The notes beneath the pieces were generated by a model that searched no databases, had not been told where the DNA came from, and was given only the letters and a program-made list of their open reading frames with translations. Positions 25,201 to 35,290 of a DNA stretch of 64,000 nt are shown here, one piece after another; within the stretch, counting starts at the first letter, position 1, and the number at the start of each line of letters is the position of its first letter. Made by a program: the position numbers and the translations under genes. Origin of the DNA: Tubiluchus corallicola (taxonomy: Eukaryota; Animalia; Priapulida); contig JAQGDQ010000130.1 of the NCBI GenBank assembly GCA_030141605.1, forward strand, positions 453,974 through 517,973, in the 5' to 3' direction.

Positions 25201-28200
25201 AGTATCTCATGCAACTGAGTCAATACTATTGACGATGCATATGGAAGATTTTTCACAGTAGGTCATGTTGCTTCTTTAATGTCCGCCATGTTTGATTTGC
25301 GACAAGCTTTCTACTTTCCTAATCATTGAACGACCCTATTAGAAATGAATGAGTTGCCATTATTACAATGAAGTGTGTGGTCTAGTTCCAATGGTCCATG
25401 GTTCAAGTTCAGGATCAGTCCTGAATTTTTTTATTGCCTTTCTTTCTAATTATGTTTGGCTTGAAAAATTTAGTAACTGAGTTAATATTTGGCAATTTAG
25501 CAGAAATTCAGCCATTACAATCATTAATGAATAATCTTAACACCGAGGTTATAAATAAATACTGTTTCCACTTTCATGCAAATTATAGTTATTGAGTTTT
25601 GGCAAAACTTTTTATTTAAGAAAACCATCTGAATTTTGCAGCAACAAATTTCAAAGTAGATCAGAAAAGTTGATTCATTTTTAAAGTTATTTTTAAAATT
25701 TTAAAATAGTATGTGTCAGTCAGCAAAATGCTATCAATGCTTTGGCAAATTAGTAATTTGTGTTGTAGAAGTCCATATGAGTGATATTATACAAATACTA
25801 CTTGTTTTTTAGATGCTTAATTTTTAAGGCTATTCAAGAAGCAATATAATTTGCTTTATTAACTACTATTTTTTGCTGGACATTATTCTTTTTTTACTAA
25901 AAGTAAGACATTATACTTGTAAATACATTAATATACCATGACATTATCTTTAATTAATAGTATTTACTTGAAAATGTCCTGTGGCTATCAATACTATAAT
26001 CATACGTATGCTATACAACAAAAATGTTAATTAGAAAATTAAAATTGCCCAAAATAATCTGTGACGGACATGTGTACAAGAAGAATGTTCATTACTGTAG
26101 TTTTATCAATTAACTCTCTGTTTCAGGCATTCAGGTAAAGATGATTCTGAGAAGCCTCAGTGTTCTCTATACATGAGGGAACTGCAAACTTTTCTCTCAC
26201 GCGTAAATTCCGATTATTTGATGCTGTATGAGTGCACAGAGTTGGTAATGGACAGGTCAGACACAGTTTTCAAATATTACCAGTAAAGAAAATATCAGAG
26301 TTGTTATCAAAACAGAATTTTCGTTTTGATTTGCTGATAATTGCACTTTCATTTCAATTTTGCTATCACCGACTTTCATTAAGATACGCAGCTGAATAGT
26401 TTTTTCCAAAGTATTGGCAGTATTTATCCGTTTACCTTTTCTTTTGTCCTAGATGTTAAAGTTGAAAAATCTCAGCTTAAGTAGTTCAAATAAAGCAAAA
26501 ATTTTGTGTAGCATGCATGTTAAAGTCACATAAGGACATTTAAATTAATTAAAGGACGAATGTTTTCTAGTTTAGAACCTAAAGTTTGATGGAGGGTTTA
26601 CTTTGAAAAAATTTTGGATTTACAATGTTTTGCATTAACTAGCTGTTTCATACTTTAATAGTTACTTGTGAGGCATCTATGCTATAAGTACTGCAAATTG
26701 AAGTTCCAATGTTCTATAGTTCCAACTGTGACTTGAATTTCAGGGTTCTAGTTCTAGTTCAACTGTTATGTTATGCAAATTTTTGTTCACTACTCTTCTT
26801 CTTCATGATAATGCGTTAACTTCAAACTGAAGGCTCTAACACATAGCTGTGCTCTCAACTTTGTGAATGTCGTGCTAGTGTGAACCTTTATTCAGTGCAA
26901 ATAAAAACAATTAACAGTGGTGCATAATAAAAAAGTACAAATATCCCCAAGCTCCTGAAGGTGTAGCCCAATATGCGGTGGAATACCTTAATCCAGTTTA
27001 GAAAGAGCATCTGGCACTTCAGAGCAGGTTGAGAGTGCCAAGCTTGACAGTTGACTCTGGTAGGTGGTTCCACACCCTTGGCGGTGTATGGAAAAAGAGT
27101 GAAGGTGATAATCACAAGAAGAATGTGGTGTGATGTATGCAAATGAATTCTCCACATGTGAAGGAATAGTGTGACATTTTAGCTAGTCCATCAAGTTTGT
27201 GTCAAAGCAAATAAAAGCAAGCAACCAAAAACAATTTTACTTATTTTAGAATTTTGTTTTTTTAATTTTAATAGTAGTTGGTTTTGCAAAAATGATTTTA
27301 ATTTTGTTTAGTTTCAGTATCGGTTTCCTGTGTTTCACAAATTTCAGTTTCGGTTTGTAATTCTAGTTTTGGTAACATCTCTGGAAAACTGATTACAGTG
27401 TATTAACATCATTTATTTTCAAAAAAGTATCTCTTGTTGTAGCTGACGGAATGTCCCAAAACAAAAAACTTCTGATTCCGCATTGGCTTGCTAACGGTTA
27501 TTTATTCTGGGGAAAAAAGATAAATCAAAATATTAAATCATTTAGGAGTGTATTACAAAAACAAACTGTTCTTAAATAATTTTTCCTAATTTACGTAAAC
27601 ATATTTTGCAATTGCTACAAAATTATTCCACATTTGGTTCATATAAACAAAAATGATTAAATATCCGACACGTTTGTTGGATTTCATATTAAACATAACA
27701 ATTACATTGACTATTAACCATGTAATCACGCAGTATCTGGCATTACTGAGTATTACAAATTCACTAGAAGCATCATAAAAAAATTAAACTGTGAACTCAC
27801 GTATATTGGCAGCTCTGGCATTTAAATCTTAAAAGCATCCACAAACTGCAAGTCACAAGTCACAAGGCAAGATCAAATCAGGCTATATTAAACAGAATCA
27901 AGACAGTGTGACACTTTACTATCCTATTGCCTTCTGTATAAAGAAAGATGAATCACCTGAGTATTAGTATACAGTCCAAATTTACAGCAAGTAATTCATT
28001 CAAGGCCTAAAAGGTGGCAGCACATTACAGTATCATTATCCCCAACACTGGAAAACTGATTACAGTGTATTAACATCATTTATTTTCAAAAAAGTATCTC
28101 TGGAAAACTGATTACAGTGTATTAACATCATTTATTTCAAAAAAGTGCTCCATTATACGTAAGTGGTTCAATTAAAAATAGATAACCACAGTTATTATTT

Positions 28201-31200
28201 ATATACATACATACACATAACATGCTTATTTACGTACATACCCATAACATGCTTGTAAATGTGTATTTTGAATTATACTGAGAGTTAATTATTGATAATG
28301 AATTAATCAAAATGATTATTATACAAAAATGTGTGGTAGGCATTAACAAGTAGTGCACATATGAATAAGTTAATCAATATTGTTAATAATGAACAACATT
28401 GTAGTATGTGCCCAAAGTTAAAAGAGTTTAATTTTATTAATACTGTTAATAATAATATTCATTTTGCTTAACGTTTCATACAATTATTCAGTGCTTTACA
28501 GGTCTGATATCACTGTATGGAATTGTCAATTTGTTTTTGCAGTGTACACCCAGTGGCTTGTCGTTGTATAGAGTTGTTTATTCGTCACGTGAGCCTGATA
28601 CGCCCCCTAGGCGATGGTGGAAGGATGAGATTAGCTGCCGATTTTGCACAGATGGAAGCAGCTATTTCTCCGCTTTGTTACAGGATTGGGGACCTGGGGA
28701 GAGCTTACAAACAACTACGATCATTTAGGTATGAAGCAACCAACGTTTCTAATTGATTTTTTACCAGTTACCACGTGAAAGACAAAGCAAGGTTGCTAAT
28801 TGTCATATGGTTAAGGGATTACCTTATTCTGTTTTTATATTGTTGCTGTCTTTGAGCAAAGCAACTTTGTCTTTGATTCTACAATACCCTAGTATTTCTC
28901 CAATGAAACAAATGTGTGTTGGAAAACAAAAAAATGTTATACCTATTGTTACTTCTCAGTTTTTTGTATACTCTGTATTTTAAGAACAGCAATTCCATTT
29001 GCTTCTTCTTGTTGCTTATTGCCAGTGTTGCCTGCAACATATCAGTCTGTTTGTTGCTGCTGCCAGCTTGTTGTTGCTTGTTGCGAGTACTGCCTGCAAC
29101 ATATCAGTGTGTTTGTTGCTGCTGCCAGCTTGTTGTCGCTTGTTGCAAGTACTACCTGCAACATATCAGTCTGTTTGTTACTGCTGCCAGCTTGTTGTTG
29201 CTTGGTGCGAGTATTGCCTGCAACATATCAGTCCCTTTGTTGCTGCTGCCAGCTTATTGTCGCTTGTTGCAAGTACTGCCTGCAACATATCAGTCTGTTT
29301 GTTGCTGCTGCCAGCTTGTTGTTGCTTGGTGCGAGTATTGCCTGCAACATATCAGTCCCTTTGTTGCTGCTGCCAGCTTATTGTTGCTTGGTGCAAGTAC
29401 TGCCTGCAACATATCAGCCTGTTTGTTGCTGCTGCCAGCTTGTGGTTGTTTGTTGCTAGTGTTGCCTGCAACGTATCAGTTTCTTTGCTGCCGCTGCCAG
29501 CTTGTTGCTTGTTGCGAGTACTGCCTGCAACATATCAGTCCCTTTGTTGCTGCTGCCAGCTTATTGTTGCTTGGTGCAAGTATGCCTGCAACATATCAGT
29601 CTGTTTGTTGCCGCTGCCAGCTTGTTGTTGTTTGTTGCTAGTGTTGCCTGCAACGTATCAGTCTCTTTCCTGCCGCTGCCAGCTTGTTGCTTGTTGCGAG
29701 TACTGCCTGCAACATATCAGTCTGTTTGTTGCCGCTACCAGCTTGTTGTTGCTTGTTGTGAGTGTTGCCTGCAACATATCAGTCTCTTTGCTGCCACTGC
29801 CAGCTTGTTGTTGCTTGTTGAGAGTGTTGCCTGGAACTTATCAGTCTGCTCATTGTCCCTATGCATCATAAATGTATTTGTAATAAGATTCAAAGTAGTG
29901 AACACGCTGTAGGGATTTAGACTGTTGAGTAATAAACTGTTTCACTGTCTTTGTTAGAACACAACTTTCTCCCATCCCAGAGTTCATAGTTTTATAGTTC
30001 ACTGCAGTTATGAGTACTGGATTCTCATTATTGTGCTATATTTCACAATGTGATGGCAATAAAATATATTGGCATGTTAAACACTATAACTTGATGTAGT
30101 AGTTTTATTTCAGATGATACTTCTTTGCATTGTCCAGGCCTTCGCTTTGTTCTATTTTATTCTTTGAAGCACATATGATTGTACAAATTAAAGAATTTTA
30201 CACATATCTTTGATTTCTCTCAAACTAAATATTATACAAAAAGTTTATAAAATCAAAATTTATATTGATTGCCTAATTGGTTTTGTCTGTAAAAATGAAT
30301 TCTTTAATAAATAATTTAGATATTTATGTCTGGCTTTTCCTGGAGTTTGCACATTATTTCAGTGGTTCAGTTATTTTGTTTCCATGAAGATTTTTAGAGA
30401 AAAAAATTAACCATTATAATTATAAAGTATGATGGTGTGGTAGTATAATAGAAGTGAATCATAGTTTCAGATAATGGTTATTGTTTTGCTTGGCTTTCTT
30501 CTATTTCAGGCCATTACTTTTTCAAAATGCTGATCATATTGCGGGAAGCTCATCTCTTGGAGAAGTTGTACCTTACAGCACTGCCTTGTGTTTCCTGTTT
30601 TCCAGAAGTCCAACTGAATTACTTTCCCCACACCAAGTATGGTATTTACTTTGCTAGATTTATACATATTTTTTAATTTGTCCATAAATTGCTCATGTTT
30701 GGAAGAAGAGCTAAAAAGATTTTAAACGTTTTCATTTCTCAACTTGTCATAGTTTGCTAGTACATATATCTGCCAACCATCAATTGTCTGAATAGAGTAT
30801 CTGCTTTTGTATGATGTATTTGACTATGCTTTACCAGCCTAAAGCTTTGCACTTGTGAACATTATAAGAAATATGAATATTGCAGGTGGCAGCATAATAC
30901 TAAAGCCATCATGTTAGCACTGTTTAATTTTTGAATTTATCAGAGTTTAGTACTGATGTTATCTACCTAACAATTATATTATTCTGACGCTTTTTTTCAA
31001 TTGTGTCATGTCCAAACAATGCAGCTTTGTGTTACAACAAATATTACAGAAAGCCGAGTGGACTGAAGCAGAATATTCGAAGTGGCTGGATCAACATCCC
31101 AGTGAAAAAGATAGACTGTTATTAATAAAGTAAGTACGTTTCTGGTACTTAATCGCAGTTTAGTTCCCTGTAAAGTGTAAAGTATATTATGTTCATACCT

Positions 31201-31654
31201 AAATTTTATGACCTGATTTTGTAAAGCAGTTTGTAGAGAATCTTAATTTAAATTAGTTTTGTGTGTTGGGCATAATTCAAATAATGAGAATATTCTGGTC
31301 CTTGCAACTTTGCTTGTCCTAGCGAAAACCAGGAATTGCATTTCTGTCATAGAAAGATTTCCTCTATTGATGAAACCTGTCTTTTATTCTTTTTCACGAT
31401 TTTGATAGAGATTTCAGTGAAAGCTTCTAGCTGCAATGTGTGAACATGATGTATGTCTATTCTAGACTTACTGCAAAACTAAAAGTATTGTTGTTGTCTT
31501 TAATGTTCCATTATAATGATGCTTTTTTGTGCTTTTTTTCAGAGCCACACTAGAGTCATATGTACAAACTGTTAAAGCTCGACAAGGTAAAGAATTTGCA
31601 CCTGTTTATCCAACCATGCTGAAGCTACTCAATGACGGGATGCAGAAATCATAG
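10186..31654 (+). CDS. COG5: Conserved oligomeric Golgi complex subunit 5; complete 20-exon CDS (~2400 nt, ~799 aa with the first exon-8 donor)
   Basis: 20 exons join in frame at GT-AG sites from ATG 10186 to TAG 31652-31654. COG5 motifs seen: [121 protein letters not shown]. Confidence 0.96.
10403..10577. mobile_element. Kolobok-like MITE
   Basis: TTAA-AGGG...ACTGTCACT-TTAA termini. Confidence 0.4.
11016..11155 (+). CDS. COG5: COG5 exon 2
   Basis: [46 protein letters not shown]. Confidence 0.92.
11610..11830 (-). mobile_element. L2-like LINE 3' fragment
   Basis: YVPARALSS...[19 protein letters not shown]...[10 protein letters not shown], typical L2 ORF2 terminus. Confidence 0.75.
12127..12184 (+). 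CDS. COG5: COG5 exon 3
   Basis: [19 protein letters not shown]. Confidence 0.93.
12308..12780. mobile_element. hAT-like MITE, same family as 19285-19718
   Basis: CAGTGATGGGCGATTAAT start; shares CAAGAACAAGATTATAATCGA.TTACAAAATTTCAAAAT end with the second copy. Confidence 0.7.
12900..12954 (+). CDS. COG5: COG5 exon 4
   Basis: [17 protein letters not shown]. Confidence 0.92.
13558..13627 (+). CDS. COG5: COG5 exon 5
   Basis: [23 protein letters not shown]. Confidence 0.93.
14087..14207 (+). CDS. COG5: COG5 exon 6
   Basis: [40 protein letters not shown]. Confidence 0.94.
14895..15025 (+). CDS. COG5: COG5 exon 7
   Basis: [43 protein letters not shown]. Confidence 0.93.
16810..16969 (+). CDS. 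COG5: COG5 exon 8 (3' end ambiguous: 16969, 16975 or 16981)
   Basis: [24 protein letters not shown]...QPMP; three in-frame GT donors. Confidence 0.85.
18304..18494 (+). CDS. COG5: COG5 exon 9
   Basis: [24 protein letters not shown]...[17 protein letters not shown]. Confidence 0.93.
19285..19718. mobile_element. hAT-like MITE
   Basis: TIRs TAGTGATGGGCGATT / AATTGCCCATCACTA; flanks GTTACTGT / CTTGCTGC (5/8 match). Confidence 0.75.
19797..20323. mobile_element. hAT-like MITE with perfect 8-bp TSD
   Basis: Termini CATTGGCGGTTC / GAGCCGTCACTG; GATGGCAG at both 19789-19796 and 20324-20331. Confidence 0.85.
20401..20482 (+). CDS. COG5: COG5 exon 10
   Basis: [27 protein letters not shown]; AG/GTAAG. 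Confidence 0.9.
21088..21259 (+). CDS. COG5: COG5 exon 11
   Basis: [29 protein letters not shown]... Confidence 0.93.
22679..22840 (+). CDS. COG5: COG5 exon 12
   Basis: [32 protein letters not shown]...TRTIS. Confidence 0.94.
23530..23587. repeat. 58-bp near-perfect palindrome in COG5 intron 12
   Basis: Centred on CCATGG (23556-23561); 26 of 29 pairs Watson-Crick, 2 G-T, 1 A-C. Confidence 0.85.
23714..23924 (+). CDS. COG5: COG5 exon 13
   Basis: [34 protein letters not shown]...SLSK. Confidence 0.93.
24922..24984 (+). CDS. COG5: COG5 exon 14
   Basis: [21 protein letters not shown]; phase 0/0. Confidence 0.88.
25154..25257 (+). CDS. COG5: COG5 exon 15
   Basis: [34 protein letters not shown]. 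Confidence 0.92.
26127..26255 (+). CDS. COG5: COG5 exon 16
   Basis: [31 protein letters not shown]...VMD. Confidence 0.9.
26900..27200 (-). mobile_element. Degenerate LINE 3' fragment
   Basis: With one frameshift reads [17 protein letters not shown], the F(F)P...WN.LP motif of LINE ORF2 termini. Confidence 0.5.
27381..28146. repeat. Three copies of a ~52-bp unit (27381-27433, 28048-28099, 28100-28146)
   Basis: CTGGAAAACTGATTACAGTGTATTAACATCATTTATTTTCAAAAAAGTATCT, near-identical. Confidence 0.85.
28543..28728 (+). CDS. COG5: COG5 exon 17
   Basis: [44 protein letters not shown]...LRSF. Confidence 0.94.
   Translation, partial: CTPSGLSLYRVVYSSREPDTPPRRWWKDEISCRFCTDGSSYFSALLQDWGPGESLQTTTII
29005..29848. 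repeat. 62-bp minisatellite, ~13 copies, in COG5 intron 17
   Basis: Unit CCTGCAACATATCAGTCTGTTTGTTGCTGCTGCCAGCTTGTTGTTGCTTGTTGCGAGTACTG; starts at 29031, 29093, 29155. Confidence 0.95.
30510..30636 (+). CDS. COG5: COG5 exon 18
   Basis: [42 protein letters not shown]. Confidence 0.93.
31050..31129 (+). CDS. COG5: COG5 exon 19
   Basis: [26 protein letters not shown]. Confidence 0.93.
31543..31654 (+). CDS. COG5: COG5 exon 20 (terminal)
   Basis: [36 protein letters not shown]. Confidence 0.93.
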
Positions 31655-31737
31655 CATTTTTTTCTTTGAACTTTTTTAATGAAAGCCATTGAGTGTATGT
31701 TAAAAAGCAGCTAACTTAATGGAAGATATTGAATATG

Positions 31738-31795
31738 CCAGGACATGAATCCAAGACCTTACGATTTGAATTTGCACCCTCTAACCACTTGAGCT
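31738..31795 (-). mobile_element. tRNA-derived SINE head or tRNA pseudogene in COG5 3' UTR
   Basis: Reverse complement AGCTCAAGTGGTTAGAGGG...GGTCTTGGATTCATGTCC resembles pol III A and B boxes, degenerate. Confidence 0.45.
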
Positions 31796-32320
31796 GTTGG
31801 CAAATGGGAAAGTTTTGGTGTAGAAATTTTATGGGATTTTTCTTTCTGGTTCCCCATATAACATCTTTGCTGAGTTCCCAAGCAAGAAGAATAATACAGT
31901 GTACTGCAAGTGCGGCTGAGGTATTTACTGTAGAAGACAAGCTTTCAGGACAGTTTTCTGTGCCATTTAATTTACTACAAAAATGTTTTACTTTAATGTA
32001 TTTCAGTGGGATTTAATTCATAGGGTGAGCACCTGTCCGTAATCAGGAGTGGTGGCAACCATACTTGAAGTATAATTAAATTCTGAAATCAAATTCTGAC
32101 TTGCATTACTTTGTCTTGCTAGTTTTTCCAGACTACTGTTGTATACTTTTTTTAATTTTCAGTGATTCCTTCTATGTCAGTATTGTTACAAGCTTGGTGT
32201 AAATATATAGTTATGATTTTCAAAGTCAAGTTACAGGGCATGCATTGAATGGTGATTGGTTTTGTCTTTGAACATACAGTCATCTTATATGAATGTTTTC
32301 TGATATCATTTATTTATGAC

Positions 32321-32326
32321 AATAAA
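32321..32326 (+). terminator. Candidate COG5 polyadenylation signal
   Basis: First AATAAA I found after the stop codon (~670 nt 3' UTR), followed by T/GT-rich sequence. Confidence 0.45.
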
Positions 32327-35040
32327 AGGTTCAGTGGTCTCTATTTGTAATAAGAATTTTTAGCAGTTTAACTAGTGAACACACAAGTTTTTTATTCTAA
32401 AACTTTGTTAACTCACCACAGATGGCAGCACAATACTGGAGGTTTACATGCGCGTTGTATGAAGCCCGGCACTGCTGTCGTCTGACAGGCTTCTCATGCT
32501 GCCTGTCTTCAGTAATTACAATGCATGGCCGAAGTGGAAGGTGTGTTAAATTATGTGTTGACACAAGTTTCAATACTGTTGTACAATGATATGGATAATA
32601 TAAACCACAACAATCAAGCTACCTTGTTAGACTTATATTCAGGAGAACAGTGGAATCTTAACATTGAAAGAATTGTTGTTGGTGAGTGCCATTGTTGAAG
32701 CATTGTATTACCATTGTTTGACAATTGCATAGATTGTTGTTTTATTAGGACTTGTTTGTGAGCCATCATAATGTTGACCTTGTCATGAATTCCTAACACG
32801 AATAATTTGCAACTTGTCCTTTGGCTTTTCTTAAAGAAATCTTTATTTTTAAAATAAGATGATTTCACCGAACAATGTTGCAAAGATAACGTCATTCTAC
32901 ATCAAGTGGACAAGCTATTAAAAGATTTTGTTTGAAATCATGCTGCATAAATCACCTGTTGTGTAATACCCTAAAAATTTGCAGTATTTTTCTGTCTTTA
33001 TTATGTTATTTTCAATATTTTTGGGTAGCTACCAGTGTATAGGCCTGTGTAGCTATGCGGCTTAACTATAAGGTATTAGAATGTGGGAGTAGGGCAGAAC
33101 AGGGTCTGTACTGTTCATGTTTAAGGGACTAGTGACCAGTAAAAAAGTCACTGGAAAAAAGTCACAGAAAAGAAGTCACAATTTTGGCTAGGAAAAAGCA
33201 GGGTATTCAAACAAAAATACTCAAGATAGTTACAATTTATTTAAGTATCATAAACACTTAAAGTAATAAAGCAGAAAATATTTTAAATTAGTATTAACTG
33301 GCAATACATACATGTGAAAAAAACCATACGTGGTACAATGTGGACCAAGCAGTACTATGTCTGTCTGGACCAGACATGAACAGTTAATACCGATCGGGAC
33401 AAGATTTAATCAAGATCTCTTTCTCTCTTGCACATAACTTAGACTCCAGTAAAGTCTTGAATGGATTTTACAATGGGAATAGCCAGTCTATTGATTGTTG
33501 CCAAGGCTATAGACGTTCCCGTGAAACTGCGTTCAATACGTTCAAATCGCTTCATTTCTACAACTGTATAAACATGTTAGAAGGTTTGTCAGGTGAATTT
33601 CCACAAACTTCTCATATACTGAGTGATTCTGCTTGCCATCACACGATGATCTTTTCTGATTAATAATAACTCGCCAACACGCGATTAGTTCAGTGCAAAA
33701 TATTGCCTTCCAACAGAGAACGTGGTAATAGAATAATACATGGCAAACTAAACCGCGAACTTTCTAAAAACAATGTCAAACTTGATTAGGAGAGATTTTT
33801 AACTGGGAAACAAAAATGTTCATTAAAATAGTGGCTGATAAAGAAGTGTGGGTGAAATTGGTGTGCGGCATTAAAATGGCACAGGAAAAACGGCAAGGTA
33901 AAAATGGCACAAATGAAAAAATATGAAAAAAATGACACACTTATGAAATATGAGTTGGCAGTTAAGGTTACTGTGTGAGCTAATTATTTTTAGATATTTT
34001 TATCTTTGTCACAGAAGTTATGTTCTAACGCTGTTTGTTTATTGGTTGGGATGTTTTTTACTATTATACAGCAGTAAGCTGATTACGGAAAAACTAGTAA
34101 CAGATTTCCAGAAAGTGTGAAGGTGGGCAGGGATAAAAAAGGTGTACTTTGAAGCAAATTCCTGGGCGGGGGGGGGGGTGAAAACTGCTAAAACGGGCGT
34201 TTTTTCACCCGTTTTTTGTCTTTTAGGTGGCTCCAATGTATTTAACTGGATTGAGGTCCAGTGAATTTGCAAGCCAGTCAGTTCAATCGAAAAAATAAAT
34301 GTCGCAGTTTTGAGACTGTGCGAGACGCGCGAGGCTTTCACACCGGAAGTGGATGATAGATTATCAATTGATTGAGCAGTACTTTGATGCAATAAATTGT
34401 TCTGTCCCGTCACTTCCTGTTTTGGTGCTCCCTACCAAAAGGTTATGTGCCACCCTGTATTTTAATCTCATTTTATAATTTCGGGTTATCTGCAGACACT
34501 GATTTTTCAGACGTAGGCCTACTGGTAGAAGATGCCGCTCGTTATACATTTAGTTTTTACTAGTTTTCCAGACATTACTGATTAAGCGTTTCACGAACAT
34601 TAATAATTGAAACAAAATAATCATTATCATCATTGCCTGGTGAAAGAAATCCAAACTCAAACTTTGTGAATTTGTTACTTTTGATGTTCTTACAGTCGTG
34701 AAGTCATACCGTGTAAGCAGAATTAAACATAAATGTTTTGAGAACGTTCGCACTAATTACTCCAGGAGTTAAATTGATACTGAAATTTTCCGTGGAGGCT
34801 TAAGGCGTTTAATCATAATATATCTCAAGCTTCTACGAACACGCCGGTAAAATAAGAGAAACTTATTCAAGGTGAAAATTTTCTGTAAGTAGCGGAGCAG
34901 CTCGACATAATAATTATGTGTTACACATGCTCCAGAGAGAACAATTATATTACGGCTAGACACGCAGTGTGAACCAAACATTGTTTCTCTGAATTTATTT
35001 TGTTTCCTGACAAATCTTACATTTTGTAGCATCATCACGC

Positions 35041-35290
35041 TAAATAATAATGTTCTTAGTAACTGTGATAATGAAAAATATCTAGGTCATTATTTGAAGT
35101 GATAACCGAGATGACTTAGACATCGTTAACCAGAAGATCCCTATGCTATTGTCGTGCAAACTAACTTATTAGAAAATTCAGCTACTGTTCCCCTTAATGT
35201 TAAAAGGTATCTATTTAGTGTTTATTGTAATACCTTCTACTACATGGCTACCTGGAGGCATTTTAGTAATTATAAATTTGTTATAACGGT
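35041..35290 (+). mobile_element. Degenerate LINE post-RT fragment
   Basis: EKYLGHYL...DDLDI...LIRKFSYCS..VKRYLFSVYCNTFYYMATW in broken frames. Confidence 0.65.

Noticed and set aside
28914-29912. Long Cys/Leu-rich ORFs (181, 241, 290, 136 aa) as a novel protein gene
   Set aside because: Produced by a 62-bp tandem repeat that is not a multiple of 3, open in all frames, and located inside COG5 intron 17.
33120-34460. Intact DNA transposon (AAAAAGTCAC and AAAATGGCAC subterminal-type repeats; CACCCTGTA Tc1/mariner-like end near 34460)
   Set aside because: Only isolated ends are visible; I could not find matching opposite TIRs or a readable transposase, so no element is called.
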